Shown in pieces: positions 8,101 to 16,405 of a stretch of DNA of 16,492 bases (its first letter is position 1; the number at the start of each line of letters is the position of its first letter). The stretch is from contig NZ_JAQFIQ010000049.1 of NCBI RefSeq assembly GCF_029504745.1, positions 1 through 16,492 on the forward strand, read 5' to 3'. The notes beneath the pieces were generated by a model that saw only the letters and a list, made by a program, of their open reading frames with translations, did no database searches and was not told where the DNA came from. The translations under genes were made by a program, and so were the position numbers. Source of the stretch: Breznakia sp. PF5-3. GTDB lineage: Bacteria; Bacillota_I; Bacilli_A; Erysipelotrichales; Erysipelotrichaceae.

Positions 8101-8796
8101 AATAATCTTAATGTTGCATCTACTCAAAAATCACTTGAGGTGTTGAGTGACAAGATTAAAAATGCACAGATATTGATGATCCCTGGTGGATTTAGTAGTG
8201 GAGATGAACCGGATGGTAGTGGAAAGTTTATTGCCAATGTATTAAGCAATGATTTGATTCGCTCAGCAGTTCAGACTTTGTTAGCGAATGATGGTTTGAT
8301 TCTTGGTATCTGTAATGGATTCCAAGCATTGGTAAAATCTGGATTATTACCATATGGAGATATTAGTAAGGTAAGTGAGACATCACCTACATTATTTAGA
8401 AATGACATCAATCGACATGTTTCGCATATTGCATCAACACGAATTACTTCTAATAAATCGCCTTGGTTATCAAGTTTTAAACCAGGGGATGTACATCATA
8501 TTGCGATGTCACATGGAGAAGGTAAATTTGTTGTAAATGAGGCAGATGCAAAACAATTGTTTGAAAATGGTCAAATAGCAACCCAATATGTTGATCTTGA
8601 AGGGGATACTACAATGAATGGAAATTTCAATATCAATGGCAGTGATTATGCAATTGAAGGAATTACCAGTGAAGATGGTAGAATCTTTGGAAAGATGGGG
8701 CATAGTGAACGTTATGAAGATGGACTATATAAAAATATTTATGGTGAAAAAATGCAGAATATATTTGAAAACGGAGTAAACTATTTTAAACGGTAA
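5101..8796 (+). CDS. purL: Phosphoribosylformylglycinamidine (FGAM) synthase, single-chain form (PurS-like N-terminus + PurL + PurQ glutaminase)
   Basis: 1231 aa. The start is 2 nt after the purE stop. Synthetase motifs: DTYWSDHCRHTTF and NHPTEIEPFGGASTCIGGAIRD. The C-terminal class-I amidotransferase triad context is GICNGFQAL ... MSHGEG ... GHSER. Confidence 0.95.
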   Translation: MKKRIFVSKKEKYNIEAVALCEEFTQTLGIESIKNVVLYNVYDVFHADAQDIELLKTKVLAEVVTDNVYEELALDGKTYIAYESLPGQYDQRSDSAQVCLMLLNNKQDVVVKSGKIVVLEGDLKQAEIHQVKDYLINPVEMHEKDLSILENDEDVTIEPVAILEGFTTLSETDLKAYRDAEGLAMTYEDLAFIQKYFKEEEKRDPSITEIKVLDTYWSDHCRHTTFETVLKSIVIEKGKFKDQLQNAYELFLKLNAEANKKDKPITLMNMATIGGKYLRKIGLLDDLEVSDEINACSIEIKVDVDGKDEDYLLMFKNETHNHPTEIEPFGGASTCIGGAIRDPLSGRSYVYQAMRITGAGDITKDIKDTLPNKLAQSVISKTAAQGYSSYGNQIGLATTYVKELFDEGYVAKRMEVGAVVGAAPKENVVRLKPQPGDIVVLLGGDTGRDGIGGATGSSKEHNETSLTKCSSEVQKGNAPIERKLQRLFRNPSCTKLIKKANDFGAGGVSVAIGELADGIHIDLDKVPTKYAGLNGTELAISESQERMACVIDPSDYETFQQYAYDENLNTYIVATVSDDNRLVMKFKGETIVDIARSFLDTNGVRTSQDVIIEDYTAKEEDPFAPKQMHILENLKQDNVASQRGLVEMFDATIGKSTVLMPYGGRYQLSESEASVQKVPVFGFTNTTSVMSYGYHPKLSTYSPYLGGAYSVVEALAKLVAVGASYEHARLSCQEYFERLNQDPKAWGKPTQALLGLIEAQYEFQTPAIGGKDSMSGTYKDIHVPPTLITFAVTSENVNNIISSDFKKEGHYIYLVKHPMHNNYMPNYEALKKNFKKVKQLIDENIILSASTVKFGGIAESLCKMSFGNKIGVSVQADEDIYNLSIGSFVVETTEQITAENFILLGETTKSKNIFINGDTVEIDDAIDAWEERYHKLYPTVVNEDKPTISTPLYEANEIRKNTKKIDKPKVIITVFPGNNCEYDCKAAFERAGAEAEIYVFNNLNVASTQKSLEVLSDKIKNAQILMIPGGFSSGDEPDGSGKFIANVLSNDLIRSAVQTLLANDGLILGICNGFQALVKSGLLPYGDISKVSETSPTLFRNDINRHVSHIASTRITSNKSPWLSSFKPGDVHHIAMSHGEGKFVVNEADAKQLFENGQIATQYVDLEGDTTMNGNFNINGSDYAIEGITSEDGRIFGKMGHSERYEDGLYKNIYGEKMQNIFENGVNYFKR

Positions 8797-8811
8797 GAGA
8801 GGTGTGATGTC

Positions 8812-9519
8812 ATGAAAATGTTATATGAAGGAAAAGCAAAGCAAATCTTTGCAACAGATGATCCAGAAGAGGTAATTATTCACTATAAGGATGATGCAAC
8901 TGCTGGAAATGGTGAAAAGAAGGGGACAATTGAAAATAAAGGTGTGTTGAATAATAAAATATCTTCACTCATTTATCAATATTTGATGAAGTATGGTGTT
9001 CGTACACATTTTATTAAAACGCTTAATGAACGAGATCAATTGTGCAAGAAAGTTGAAATTGTACCACTTGAAGTAATCGTTCGTAATGCAATCGCAGGAA
9101 GTGCTGCAAAAGCATACCATTTACAAGAAGGAACAGCACTAGATGATGCAATTATAGAAATTTGTTGGAAAGATGATGCTTTAGGGGATCCTCTTATTAA
9201 TGATTATCATGCCGTTGCTTTTGGTTTAGCAACCAAAAAAGAATTAGAAGAGATTTACACCCAAACTAAGAAAATAAATGAATTAATGGTTGAGATGTGG
9301 GATACCATGGGAATTCGGTTGATTGATTTTAAAATAGAGTTTGGAAAAACAAGTGATGGTGAAATATTGCTAGCAGATGAAATTTCTCCAGATACTTGTC
9401 GTCTATGGGATAAAAATACAAATGAGAAGCTAGATAAAGATCGATTCCGTAGAGATATGGGAAATGTGGAAGAAGCTTATGCAGAAATCTTTGCTCGCTT
9501 AGAAAAGAAAGGAGCATAA
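8812..9519 (+). CDS. purC: SAICAR synthetase
   Basis: 235 aa. Motifs: [37 protein letters not shown]. Confidence 0.95.
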   Translation: MKMLYEGKAKQIFATDDPEEVIIHYKDDATAGNGEKKGTIENKGVLNNKISSLIYQYLMKYGVRTHFIKTLNERDQLCKKVEIVPLEVIVRNAIAGSAAKAYHLQEGTALDDAIIEICWKDDALGDPLINDYHAVAFGLATKKELEEIYTQTKKINELMVEMWDTMGIRLIDFKIEFGKTSDGEILLADEISPDTCRLWDKNTNEKLDKDRFRRDMGNVEEAYAEIFARLEKKGA

Positions 9520-9520
9520 C

Positions 9521-10948
9521 ATGCTGTTTGAAAAGGATTATTTTTTAACTGGTAAAATAAATGAAGAATGTGGTGTCTTTGGTGTTTTTAATGTGAAAGA
9601 TGCAGCATCACTAACTTATTTTGGTCTTCATGCACTTCAACATCGTGGCCAAGAAGCAAGTGGTATCGCTACAAGTAATAAAAAAGAGATAAAGTGTATT
9701 AAAGGTAAAGGGTTGTTAACAGAAACTTTTAATAATCGTGTTATCAAAGGTTTAAAAGGTATTCATGCTGTTGGACATGTACGTTATTCTACTGCTGGTG
9801 GTGATGAAATGGAAAATATTCAACCAGTTATGGTACGTTCACATAAAGGAGACTTTGCAGTTTCTCATAATGGTAACATCGTAAATGCGAAAGAGTTACG
9901 CGAAGAGATGGAAAATAATGGAAGTATCTTTCAAGGGACAAGTGATTCGGAGATTATTGGACATTTGATTCAACGTGAGCAAGGAACTTTTGAAGAAAAG
10001 ATTAAAAAAGCAGTTCAGCATATAGAAGGTGCATTTGCTTTTGTAGTCATGCGTGAAAATAGTATGTATGCGGTTCGTGATCATAATGGACTTCGTCCAT
10101 TAAGTGTTGCAAGTGTTGATAAAGGATATGTTATAAGTAGTGAATCTTGTGCTTTTGATATCGTAAATGGTAGAGATGAATTTGATGTGTTACCAGGTGA
10201 AATTCTGAAAATAGATTATGATGGAATCAAACATATTATGTTCACAGATAAAATTCAACACAAGATGTGTGCGATGGAATATATTTATTTCTCTCGTCCA
10301 GATAGTAGTATAGATGGAATCAATGTTCATACAGCACGTAAACTATCAGGAAGAATGCTTGCGAAAATAGATTTAGCAGAAGGTGAAATCCCTGCAGATA
10401 TTGTTGTTGGTGTTCCAGACTCAAGTTTGAGTGCCGCAATGGGGTATGCAGAAGCGAGTGGTTTGCCATATGAATTGGGATTGATTAAAAATCGTTATGT
10501 AGGAAGAACCTTTATTCAACCTACTCAAGCCCAAAGAGAGCGTGGGGTGCGAATGAAGCTTAGTGCAGTTCGTGATATTGTAAAGGGAAAACGAATCATT
10601 TTAGTGGATGATAGTATTGTACGAGGAACAACAAGTAAAAGGATTGTGCAATTGCTAAAGGATGCTGGAGCTAGTGAAGTACATGTACGCATTGGTTCAC
10701 CAGCAATTACTCATCCTTGTTTCTACGGTGTGGATACATCGACACGAAAAGAATTAATCAGTGCAAAACAAGATGTAGCTGAAGTAAGAGACTTTATTCA
10801 TGCAGAATCTTTGAAATTTTTAGAAATACCAAAGATGATGGAAGCCTTTGGAACAGAAAATTTATGTGTTGCATGTTTCAATGGATATTATCCAACAGAT
10901 TTATATAATTTAGGAGAAACGCTAAAGGAGGAAATGGCGAATGAGTGA
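9521..10948 (+). CDS. purF: Amidophosphoribosyltransferase (propeptide + [4Fe-4S]-type)
   Basis: 475 aa. The start is 1 nt after the purC stop. An N-terminal propeptide precedes the nucleophile in EECGVFGVF. The PRPP loop is [17 protein letters not shown]. The Cys ligand pattern is MCAMEY, HPCFYG and [10 protein letters not shown], as in Bacillus-type PurF. Confidence 0.95.
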   Translation: MLFEKDYFLTGKINEECGVFGVFNVKDAASLTYFGLHALQHRGQEASGIATSNKKEIKCIKGKGLLTETFNNRVIKGLKGIHAVGHVRYSTAGGDEMENIQPVMVRSHKGDFAVSHNGNIVNAKELREEMENNGSIFQGTSDSEIIGHLIQREQGTFEEKIKKAVQHIEGAFAFVVMRENSMYAVRDHNGLRPLSVASVDKGYVISSESCAFDIVNGRDEFDVLPGEILKIDYDGIKHIMFTDKIQHKMCAMEYIYFSRPDSSIDGINVHTARKLSGRMLAKIDLAEGEIPADIVVGVPDSSLSAAMGYAEASGLPYELGLIKNRYVGRTFIQPTQAQRERGVRMKLSAVRDIVKGKRIILVDDSIVRGTTSKRIVQLLKDAGASEVHVRIGSPAITHPCFYGVDTSTRKELISAKQDVAEVRDFIHAESLKFLEIPKMMEAFGTENLCVACFNGYYPTDLYNLGETLKEEMANE

Positions 10949-11969
10949 TAAGTATCGCGAAGCTGGTGTAAATTTAGAAGCTGGTTATGAGTCAATTCGA
11001 TTAATCAAATCACATGTAGCAAGAACAAAGGTTAAAGGTTCACAAGATTCCATTGGATCTTTTGGAGGCATGTTTGATTTAAGTGCACTAAATATGAAAG
11101 AACCAGTTCTTGTATCAGGAACAGATGGTGTGGGAACGAAATTGTTGCTTGCTTTCGCATGCGATAAACACGATACAATTGGTATTGATGCTGTTGCAAT
11201 GTGTGTGAATGATGTATTGGTACAAGGAGCAATGCCGATTTTCTTCTTGGATTATTTAGCAGTCGATAAAAATCGTCCTGAAAAAATCGAACAAATTGTG
11301 AAGGGTGTAGCTGATGGTTGTGTACAAAGTGAATGTGCACTAATCGGAGGGGAAACCGCAGAGATGCCAGATATGTATAGTGAACATCATTACGATGTAG
11401 CAGGATTCTGTGTTGGAGCGGTAGAAAAAAGTAAACTTCTTGATGGGCAATCAATTGAAAAAGGACAAACATTGATAGGTTTAGCTTCAAGTGGTTGTCA
11501 TTCAAATGGGTTTTCATTGATTCGTAAAATATTACTTAAAGATGCAAAGCTAGATTTAAACAAAGTATATGATGGGTTTGATAAACCTTTGGGAGAAGTG
11601 TTATTAACCCCAACCAAAATATATGTGAAAGCAATTAAACATGTACTTGAGAAAGTTGCTATCAAAGGAATGTCGCATATAACAGGTGGGGGATTCTATG
11701 AAAATATTCCAAGAATGTTGAAAGATGATCTAGGAGTTAAGATTGACATTACTTCTTTTCCAAGACCTAAGATCTTTGATTTGATTAAAGATTCTGGAAA
11801 TGTTGATGAAAATGAAATGTATAATGTTTTTAATATGGGAATCGGTTTTGTTTTAGCAGTGGAAAAAGATGATGTGGAAAAAACAATGACATTATTGAAA
11901 GAAACTGGTGAAGAAGCATATATCATTGGTGAAGTTACAGATTCTGGAAAGGTTGACTTGCAGTGGTAA
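10941..11969 (+). CDS. purM: AIR synthetase (phosphoribosylformylglycinamidine cyclo-ligase)
   Basis: 342 aa. It overlaps purF by 8 nt (atgagtga). Motifs: [27 protein letters not shown]. Confidence 0.95.
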   Translation: MSDKYREAGVNLEAGYESIRLIKSHVARTKVKGSQDSIGSFGGMFDLSALNMKEPVLVSGTDGVGTKLLLAFACDKHDTIGIDAVAMCVNDVLVQGAMPIFFLDYLAVDKNRPEKIEQIVKGVADGCVQSECALIGGETAEMPDMYSEHHYDVAGFCVGAVEKSKLLDGQSIEKGQTLIGLASSGCHSNGFSLIRKILLKDAKLDLNKVYDGFDKPLGEVLLTPTKIYVKAIKHVLEKVAIKGMSHITGGGFYENIPRMLKDDLGVKIDITSFPRPKIFDLIKDSGNVDENEMYNVFNMGIGFVLAVEKDDVEKTMTLLKETGEEAYIIGEVTDSGKVDLQW

Positions 11970-12544
11970 AGGTAGCAGTTTTTGCTTCGGGAAGTGGAAC
12001 GAATTTCGAAAATTTAGCGAAAGCAAAATATACAAACGCTAAAATTGTGTTATTAGTAGTTGATAAAGAGGATGCATATGCAATCACTAGAGCAAAAAAA
12101 TTCCAGATTCCATATGTTTATGTAAATCCTAAGGCATTTTCTTCAAAAAGAGAATATGAGGAACAAATTATAAAATATTTAGAACAGTATGAAATTGACT
12201 TTATCGCTTTAGCTGGATATATGCGTTTTATTGGGACATCGTTATTAACGAAATATCCTAATCGGATTATTAATTTACATCCTGCATATTTACCTGCTTT
12301 TCCAGGTGCGCATAGTATCGAGGAAGCATATGAAGCCAAAGTTGAACATAGTGGGGTAACAATTCATTATGTAGATGAAGGAATTGATACAGGAACAATT
12401 ATTCATCAAGAGAAAGTGTTTCTTGATCCAAAATGGAGTTTGGAAGAATTTGAAGATGCAATTCATACTTTAGAATATAAGATGTTTCCTGTGGTATTAA
12501 ATAAAATATGTGAGGAGGTAAACCATGAAAAGAGCATTGATTAG
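11963..12544 (+). CDS. purN: GAR formyltransferase
   Basis: 193 aa. The GTG start overlaps the purM stop (gtggtaa). Motifs: [42 protein letters not shown]. Confidence 0.9.
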   Translation: MVKVAVFASGSGTNFENLAKAKYTNAKIVLLVVDKEDAYAITRAKKFQIPYVYVNPKAFSSKREYEEQIIKYLEQYEIDFIALAGYMRFIGTSLLTKYPNRIINLHPAYLPAFPGAHSIEEAYEAKVEHSGVTIHYVDEGIDTGTIIHQEKVFLDPKWSLEEFEDAIHTLEYKMFPVVLNKICEEVNHEKSID

Positions 12545-14054
12545 TGTTTCAGATAAAGAGGGGTTAGTCCCTTTTGCACAAAGTTTGATTTCTTTGGGAT
12601 ATGAAATTATTTCAACAGGAGGAACAAAAAAGGTTTTAGAAGAAAGTGGTGTACAAACGATTGGAATTAGTGAAGTTACCAATTTTCCTGAAATCATGGA
12701 TGGGAGAGTAAAGACATTACATCCAAATGTACATGGAGCATTGTTATGTGTTCGTGATAATCCTAATCATGTGAAACAATTAGAGGAATTGGATATTAAG
12801 TATATTGATTTAGTATGTGTAAATTTATATCCATTCAAACAAACGCTTCAAAAAGCTGGTGTAACACATGAAGAAATTATTGAAAACATTGATATTGGTG
12901 GACCTAGTATGTTGCGTAGTGCAGCAAAGAACTATAAGTTTATTCCTGTGGTTGTAGACCCTCAAGATTATGATTCAGTAATCCATGAACTGAAAAAAGA
13001 TGGAGAAACTTGTTTGGTTACAAGAGAATATTTAGCTGCAAAAGTATTCCGTCACACAGCTAGTTATGATACAATCATTGCACAATATTTAGGTGAAAAG
13101 ACAGGTGCAAAATTTCCTGAGTCTTTTACGATTACGTATGATAAAGTACAAGATCTTCGCTATGGAGAAAATCCTCACCAAGAAGCAGCTTTTTATAAGG
13201 CAGCAGATCCAAAATATTCAATTGCAAATGCGAAGCAATTGCATGGTAAGGAATTATCTTATAATAATATCCAAGATGCAAATGCATGTATTGAAGTCTT
13301 GAAAGACTTTGAACAACCTTGTGCTGTAGGAATGAAACACATGAATCCTTGTGGTGTGGGTATCGGGAAAACGATTGATGAAGCTTGGGATAAAGCTTAT
13401 GAAGCCGATTCTACTTCAATATTTGGAGGGATTGTATCTTTTAATCGTGAAGTTGGGGAAGCAACAGCAGAAAAGCTTTCAAAGATTTTCTTAGAGATAA
13501 TTATTGCTCCAAAATTTAGTGATAAAGCATTTGAAATATTAACTCAGAAAAAGAACATTCGTTTAATGGAATTGGATACTTCTTTGGAAGTGAATTCAAA
13601 ATTAAAAGTAACCAATGTAAATGATGGTCTTTTAGTTCAAGATATGGACTTGAAAAATGTTGCTGAAGAAGAACTAACGTTCCCAACAAAACGGAAACCT
13701 ACAAAAGAGGAATTGGAACAATTAATATTTGCTTGGAAGGTAGTAAAACATGTGAAAAGTAATGCAATTGTTTTGGTGAAAGATGATATGACAATTGGTG
13801 TTGGTGCAGGACAGATGAATCGTGTAGGAGCAGCAAAAATAGCAATTGAACAAGCAGGAGAAAAAGCAAACGGAAGTGTGATGAGCAGTGATGCATTCTT
13901 CCCTATGCCAGATACTGTTGAAGCGGCAATTAAAGCAGGAGTAACTGCGATTATTCAACCTGGTGGATCAATCAAAGATCAATTATCAGTTGATGTTTGT
14001 GATGAACATGGAATCGCGATGGTTTATACAGGAGTTCGTCATTTTAAACACTAA
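12525..14054 (+). CDS. purH: Bifunctional AICAR formyltransferase / IMP cyclohydrolase
   Basis: 509 aa. SD gaggagg is upstream and the gene overlaps purN by 20 nt. Motifs: [39 protein letters not shown]. Confidence 0.95.
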   Translation: MKRALISVSDKEGLVPFAQSLISLGYEIISTGGTKKVLEESGVQTIGISEVTNFPEIMDGRVKTLHPNVHGALLCVRDNPNHVKQLEELDIKYIDLVCVNLYPFKQTLQKAGVTHEEIIENIDIGGPSMLRSAAKNYKFIPVVVDPQDYDSVIHELKKDGETCLVTREYLAAKVFRHTASYDTIIAQYLGEKTGAKFPESFTITYDKVQDLRYGENPHQEAAFYKAADPKYSIANAKQLHGKELSYNNIQDANACIEVLKDFEQPCAVGMKHMNPCGVGIGKTIDEAWDKAYEADSTSIFGGIVSFNREVGEATAEKLSKIFLEIIIAPKFSDKAFEILTQKKNIRLMELDTSLEVNSKLKVTNVNDGLLVQDMDLKNVAEEELTFPTKRKPTKEELEQLIFAWKVVKHVKSNAIVLVKDDMTIGVGAGQMNRVGAAKIAIEQAGEKANGSVMSSDAFFPMPDTVEAAIKAGVTAIIQPGGSIKDQLSVDVCDEHGIAMVYTGVRHFKH

Positions 14055-14077
14055 GCTAGAAATAATATAGGATACAC

Positions 14078-14114
14078 AAAACTACCAACTTTATAAGAAA
14101 GTGGTAGTTTTTTT
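14078..14114 (+). terminator. Rho-independent terminator of the pur operon
   Basis: aaaactacca (14078-14087) pairs with tggtagtttt (14102-14111). An inner extension cttt/aaag pairs around the loop ataag, and the T-run spans 14108-14114. The left flank is A-rich, so it could work in both directions. Confidence 0.85.
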
Positions 14115-14275
14115 GTTATTTAAAATTAAAAAATGAAGAAATAATTAATTATTAAGATGGTAATCAAAAAACTTTTGGTTTTAATTGGATTAGAACACAT
14201 CTATTTATAGATCGAAAATTATAGCATTTTTAATGGGTAGATGATTTTTGCTTAATTTTATTGTCTAATAAGTTT

Positions 14276-14305
14276 TTATGTGAAATCTTTTAGAAGTGCT
14301 ATAAT
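14276..14305 (+). promoter_or_regulatory. Candidate extended -10 promoter of the agr-like cassette
   Basis: tgctataat (TG at 14297-14298, TATAAT at 14300-14305) with a weak -35 (ttatgt, 14276-14281). It lies about 90 nt upstream of the first cassette ORF. Confidence 0.4.
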
Positions 14306-14391
14306 AATATAGAAAAGAAATGAAACACGTGAAAATGTTTATATAATATAGATAAACATATGAAATAGAATCTATGTAGTGAGGTAATTTG

Positions 14392-14712
14392 ATGAGTGAA
14401 AAAGAAAAAACAATGATATACATAAAATCAAAATTGAAATCAGGAAGCATTTATACAATTGTATTTACGGTTGCAGTGTTATTGATGTCTTTACTAAAAT
14501 TAGATTTGGAGGTTATCGTTTCTGCTTATATTGTTATTTTGTGTGCAATTATTTTGGCATTTAATTTTCCTAAAAGGAAGAAAAGTGACGGAAAAGTGCA
14601 ATATGAGCAATGGGATGGAGCACTTGTAAACGGAGCTTTTATTATAAATATGATTTGGAGTATATACTTATTGGTACCACCATTTGTTTTCTTTTTGGTT
14701 AGTGGTATTTAA
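14392..14712 (+). CDS. Small 3-TM membrane protein of unknown function, first gene of the agr-like cassette
   Basis: The ORF track starts at TTG 14389. The adjacent ATG at 14392 lies 6 nt after SD gaggt (14381-14385), giving 106 aa. There are three hydrophobic helices and basic inside segments (KSKLKSGS; PKRKKSDGK). The single Cys (Cys51) is in ILCAIILAFNFPKRKK. The gene stops 20 nt before agrB and is on the same strand. Confidence 0.6.
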   Translation: MSEKEKTMIYIKSKLKSGSIYTIVFTVAVLLMSLLKLDLEVIVSAYIVILCAIILAFNFPKRKKSDGKVQYEQWDGALVNGAFIINMIWSIYLLVPPFVFFLVSGI

Positions 14713-14732
14713 TTATAGAAAAGGTGATGTAA

Positions 14733-15305
14733 TTGATTAGTTGGATAGCAAAACGAATTGTCAATGTTTTTGAAAACAATGAAGTGATGGAACATGAAAA
14801 AGAAATCTACCAACATGGATTAGAATTGTGGTTATCTTATGTTAGTGGATTGATTGTTCAAATTATCTTCTGTATTTTTTCTGGCTTCTGGATTGAAACC
14901 ATATTATTTATTTTGTTTCTTGAAACATTACGTAAGTATGCAGGTGGTTATCATGCAAATACTTATTTAGGATGTAATATTATTTATTTGCTTTCATATT
15001 TTATTTATTATGCACTGATGGTTTATGTTGAAATTTTACCAAGTATTAGTGTTATTGGTTATCTTTTATCAGCACTTATTGTTTTAAGGCTTTCACCAGT
15101 GACACATATTCATAATCCACTAACAAAAGAAGAACAGAATAAATACAGACAAATTAGTTATTTAATTGTCTTTATGGATAGTGTTTTATTCTTTGTTTTC
15201 TATTTTTTATTACCTTATTATATGAATATTATATTTATATCTATGCTAATGAATGCATTATTTATGCTAGTAGGATTGCTATTTAATGAAAGGGGGGGAA
15301 TCTGA
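14733..15305 (+). CDS. agrB: AgrB-like accessory gene regulator protein B (membrane cysteine endopeptidase for cyclic autoinducer peptide maturation)
   Basis: 190 aa. The TTG start is 5 nt after SD aaggtga. The protein is polytopic and carries the family signature LRKYAGGYHANTYLGC. His74 (14952-14954) and Cys81 (14973-14975) are 7 residues apart, the same spacing as the catalytic H77/C84 of S. aureus AgrB. Confidence 0.8.
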   Translation: MISWIAKRIVNVFENNEVMEHEKEIYQHGLELWLSYVSGLIVQIIFCIFSGFWIETILFILFLETLRKYAGGYHANTYLGCNIIYLLSYFIYYALMVYVEILPSISVIGYLLSALIVLRLSPVTHIHNPLTKEEQNKYRQISYLIVFMDSVLFFVFYFLLPYYMNIIFISMLMNALFMLVGLLFNERGGI

Positions 15306-16019
15306 ATGAAATTATCAATTTGCGTTGTTGATGATACAAGTGATAGTTTAGAAACGATTCAAAAATATATTAAAGAATATGAACTGTTTAGAAGATCGGA
15401 TGTTTTTTGCTTTTCAGATTCTCAAAACAGAGGAATTTTAGAAAGAGAATATGATTTATATTTTCTTGATATTGACATGCCAAATTTAAATGGCTTTGAA
15501 TTAGCTACCAAAATACAAGAACAATATCCAAATACAATTTTGTTATTTGTATCAAATCATAATGAATTTGTTTATGATTCTTTTAAGTTTGATGCCTTTT
15601 TCTTTGTACGAAAAGATCATTTTGAAAGTGATATGAAAGATGCTTTGAAATTAGCGAATGAAAAATTACTTCGTAAAGAGAAACGATATATTTTAGAAAA
15701 TAAAGGTGATAAGCGTACGATTCCATATAATGATATTTTATATTTTGAAAAATTAAAAAATAAAATAAGAATAAAAACGATGAATCATGGTGATTTTTAT
15801 GAATTACAAAGCATGAAAGGGCTCCAGCAGAAAATTAATTTGAAGGAATTAGGGTTTTGTTTGATTAGTGCTGGAACATGCGTGAACTTAAATAGCATTG
15901 TGCGTTTGAATGGCAATGATGTGTTTTTAAAAGGAGACATTAGTTTGATTGCAAGTCGCAGATATTTGCCTGAATTAAAGCATGAATATCAAAAACATTT
16001 GATGGAGAGTGATACATAA
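15306..16019 (+). CDS. LytTR-family response regulator (AgrA-like)
   Basis: 237 aa. The ATG directly follows the agrB stop (ctgaatg) and SD aggggggg is upstream. The receiver domain has VVDD, FLDIDMPNLNGFEL (Asp55 as phospho-acceptor) and LLFVSNH. The C-terminal LytTR-type DNA-binding domain reads IPYNDILYFEKLKNKIRIKT...FCLISAGTCVNLNSI. Confidence 0.85.
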   Translation: MKLSICVVDDTSDSLETIQKYIKEYELFRRSDVFCFSDSQNRGILEREYDLYFLDIDMPNLNGFELATKIQEQYPNTILLFVSNHNEFVYDSFKFDAFFFVRKDHFESDMKDALKLANEKLLRKEKRYILENKGDKRTIPYNDILYFEKLKNKIRIKTMNHGDFYELQSMKGLQQKINLKELGFCLISAGTCVNLNSIVRLNGNDVFLKGDISLIASRRYLPELKHEYQKHLMESDT

Positions 16020-16405
16020 TGCCAATTTCTATTTTTGACTTAACCATCAATGTTGTGGAAGCTGTCATCTTTGTGCTTTTTCTGACTCGTTATTTTCAGA
16101 TGAAAAAGTCTTTTACTATGACATATTTCATTTTATGGGTTATCTTCGGAGCTGTTGGAGTGACCATCATGAATATTTATTTAGGATATGAGAAATATTT
16201 TACATTTCTGATTTCGTTGGGACTTTATTTTCCTTGGTTGCTTGTGTTTGCCAAAGGGAGTGTGTTGGAAAAGGGGTATATAAGCCTTTTTATGATTCAA
16301 TTGAATGCAACGATTATAACGACTAATTTAATCCTCGGTTCTTTTATTGTGTATCATGGTATTGAAATGGCGAAGATTTTAAGTGAACACTATGAAGTGA
16401 TGTGA
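16019..16405 (+). pseudogene. AgrC-like sensor histidine kinase, N-terminal membrane part only (truncated by IS insertion)
   Basis: The start overlaps the regulator stop (taatg). The 128 aa consist only of TM helices, as in the sensor module of AgrC/LytTR-associated GHKL kinases. No H-box or ATPase domain follows. The stop TGA (16403-16405) falls inside the first bases of the IS terminal repeat. Confidence 0.65.

Noticed and set aside
4735-8703. Minus-strand ORFs inside purE and purL (4735..4923, 4770..5084, 6276..6635, 7268..7459, 7366..7617, 7906..8127, 8509..8703)
   Set aside because: These are shadow ORFs antisense to strongly conserved coding sequence. Their products are Pro/Ala/Gln-rich or low-complexity, and they have no SD or promoter signals.
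9329-13958. Antisense or out-of-frame ORFs inside purC to purH (9329..9517, 9896..10084, 11032..11517, 11696..11926, 12118..12339, 12497..12697, 13093..13302, 13699..13896, 13722..13958)
   Set aside because: All are fully embedded in confidently identified pur genes, with no independent translation signals and no recognisable motifs.
14157-14210. 17-codon ORF (MVIKKLLVLIGLEHIYL) and other 3-8-codon ORFs in the spacer, considered as AgrD candidates
   Set aside because: It has no SD, no Cys or Ser for a (thio)lactone ring and no Pro-containing charged tail. It is also separated from agrB by another gene.
14115-14391. LytTR/AgrA-type direct-repeat binding sites upstream of the cassette
   Set aside because: Only TGAAA pentamers recur (14281, 14321, 14330, 14361), at irregular spacing. 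I saw no pair of 9-bp repeats with the roughly 12-bp spacer expected for LytTR regulators. In DNA this AT-rich the pentamers are not evidence.
14265-14450. 61-aa minus-strand ORF across the agr-cassette promoter and start region
   Set aside because: It overlaps the SD and start of the plus-strand 106-aa gene, has an extremely Y/I/F-rich composition typical of AT-rich noise, and has no SD.
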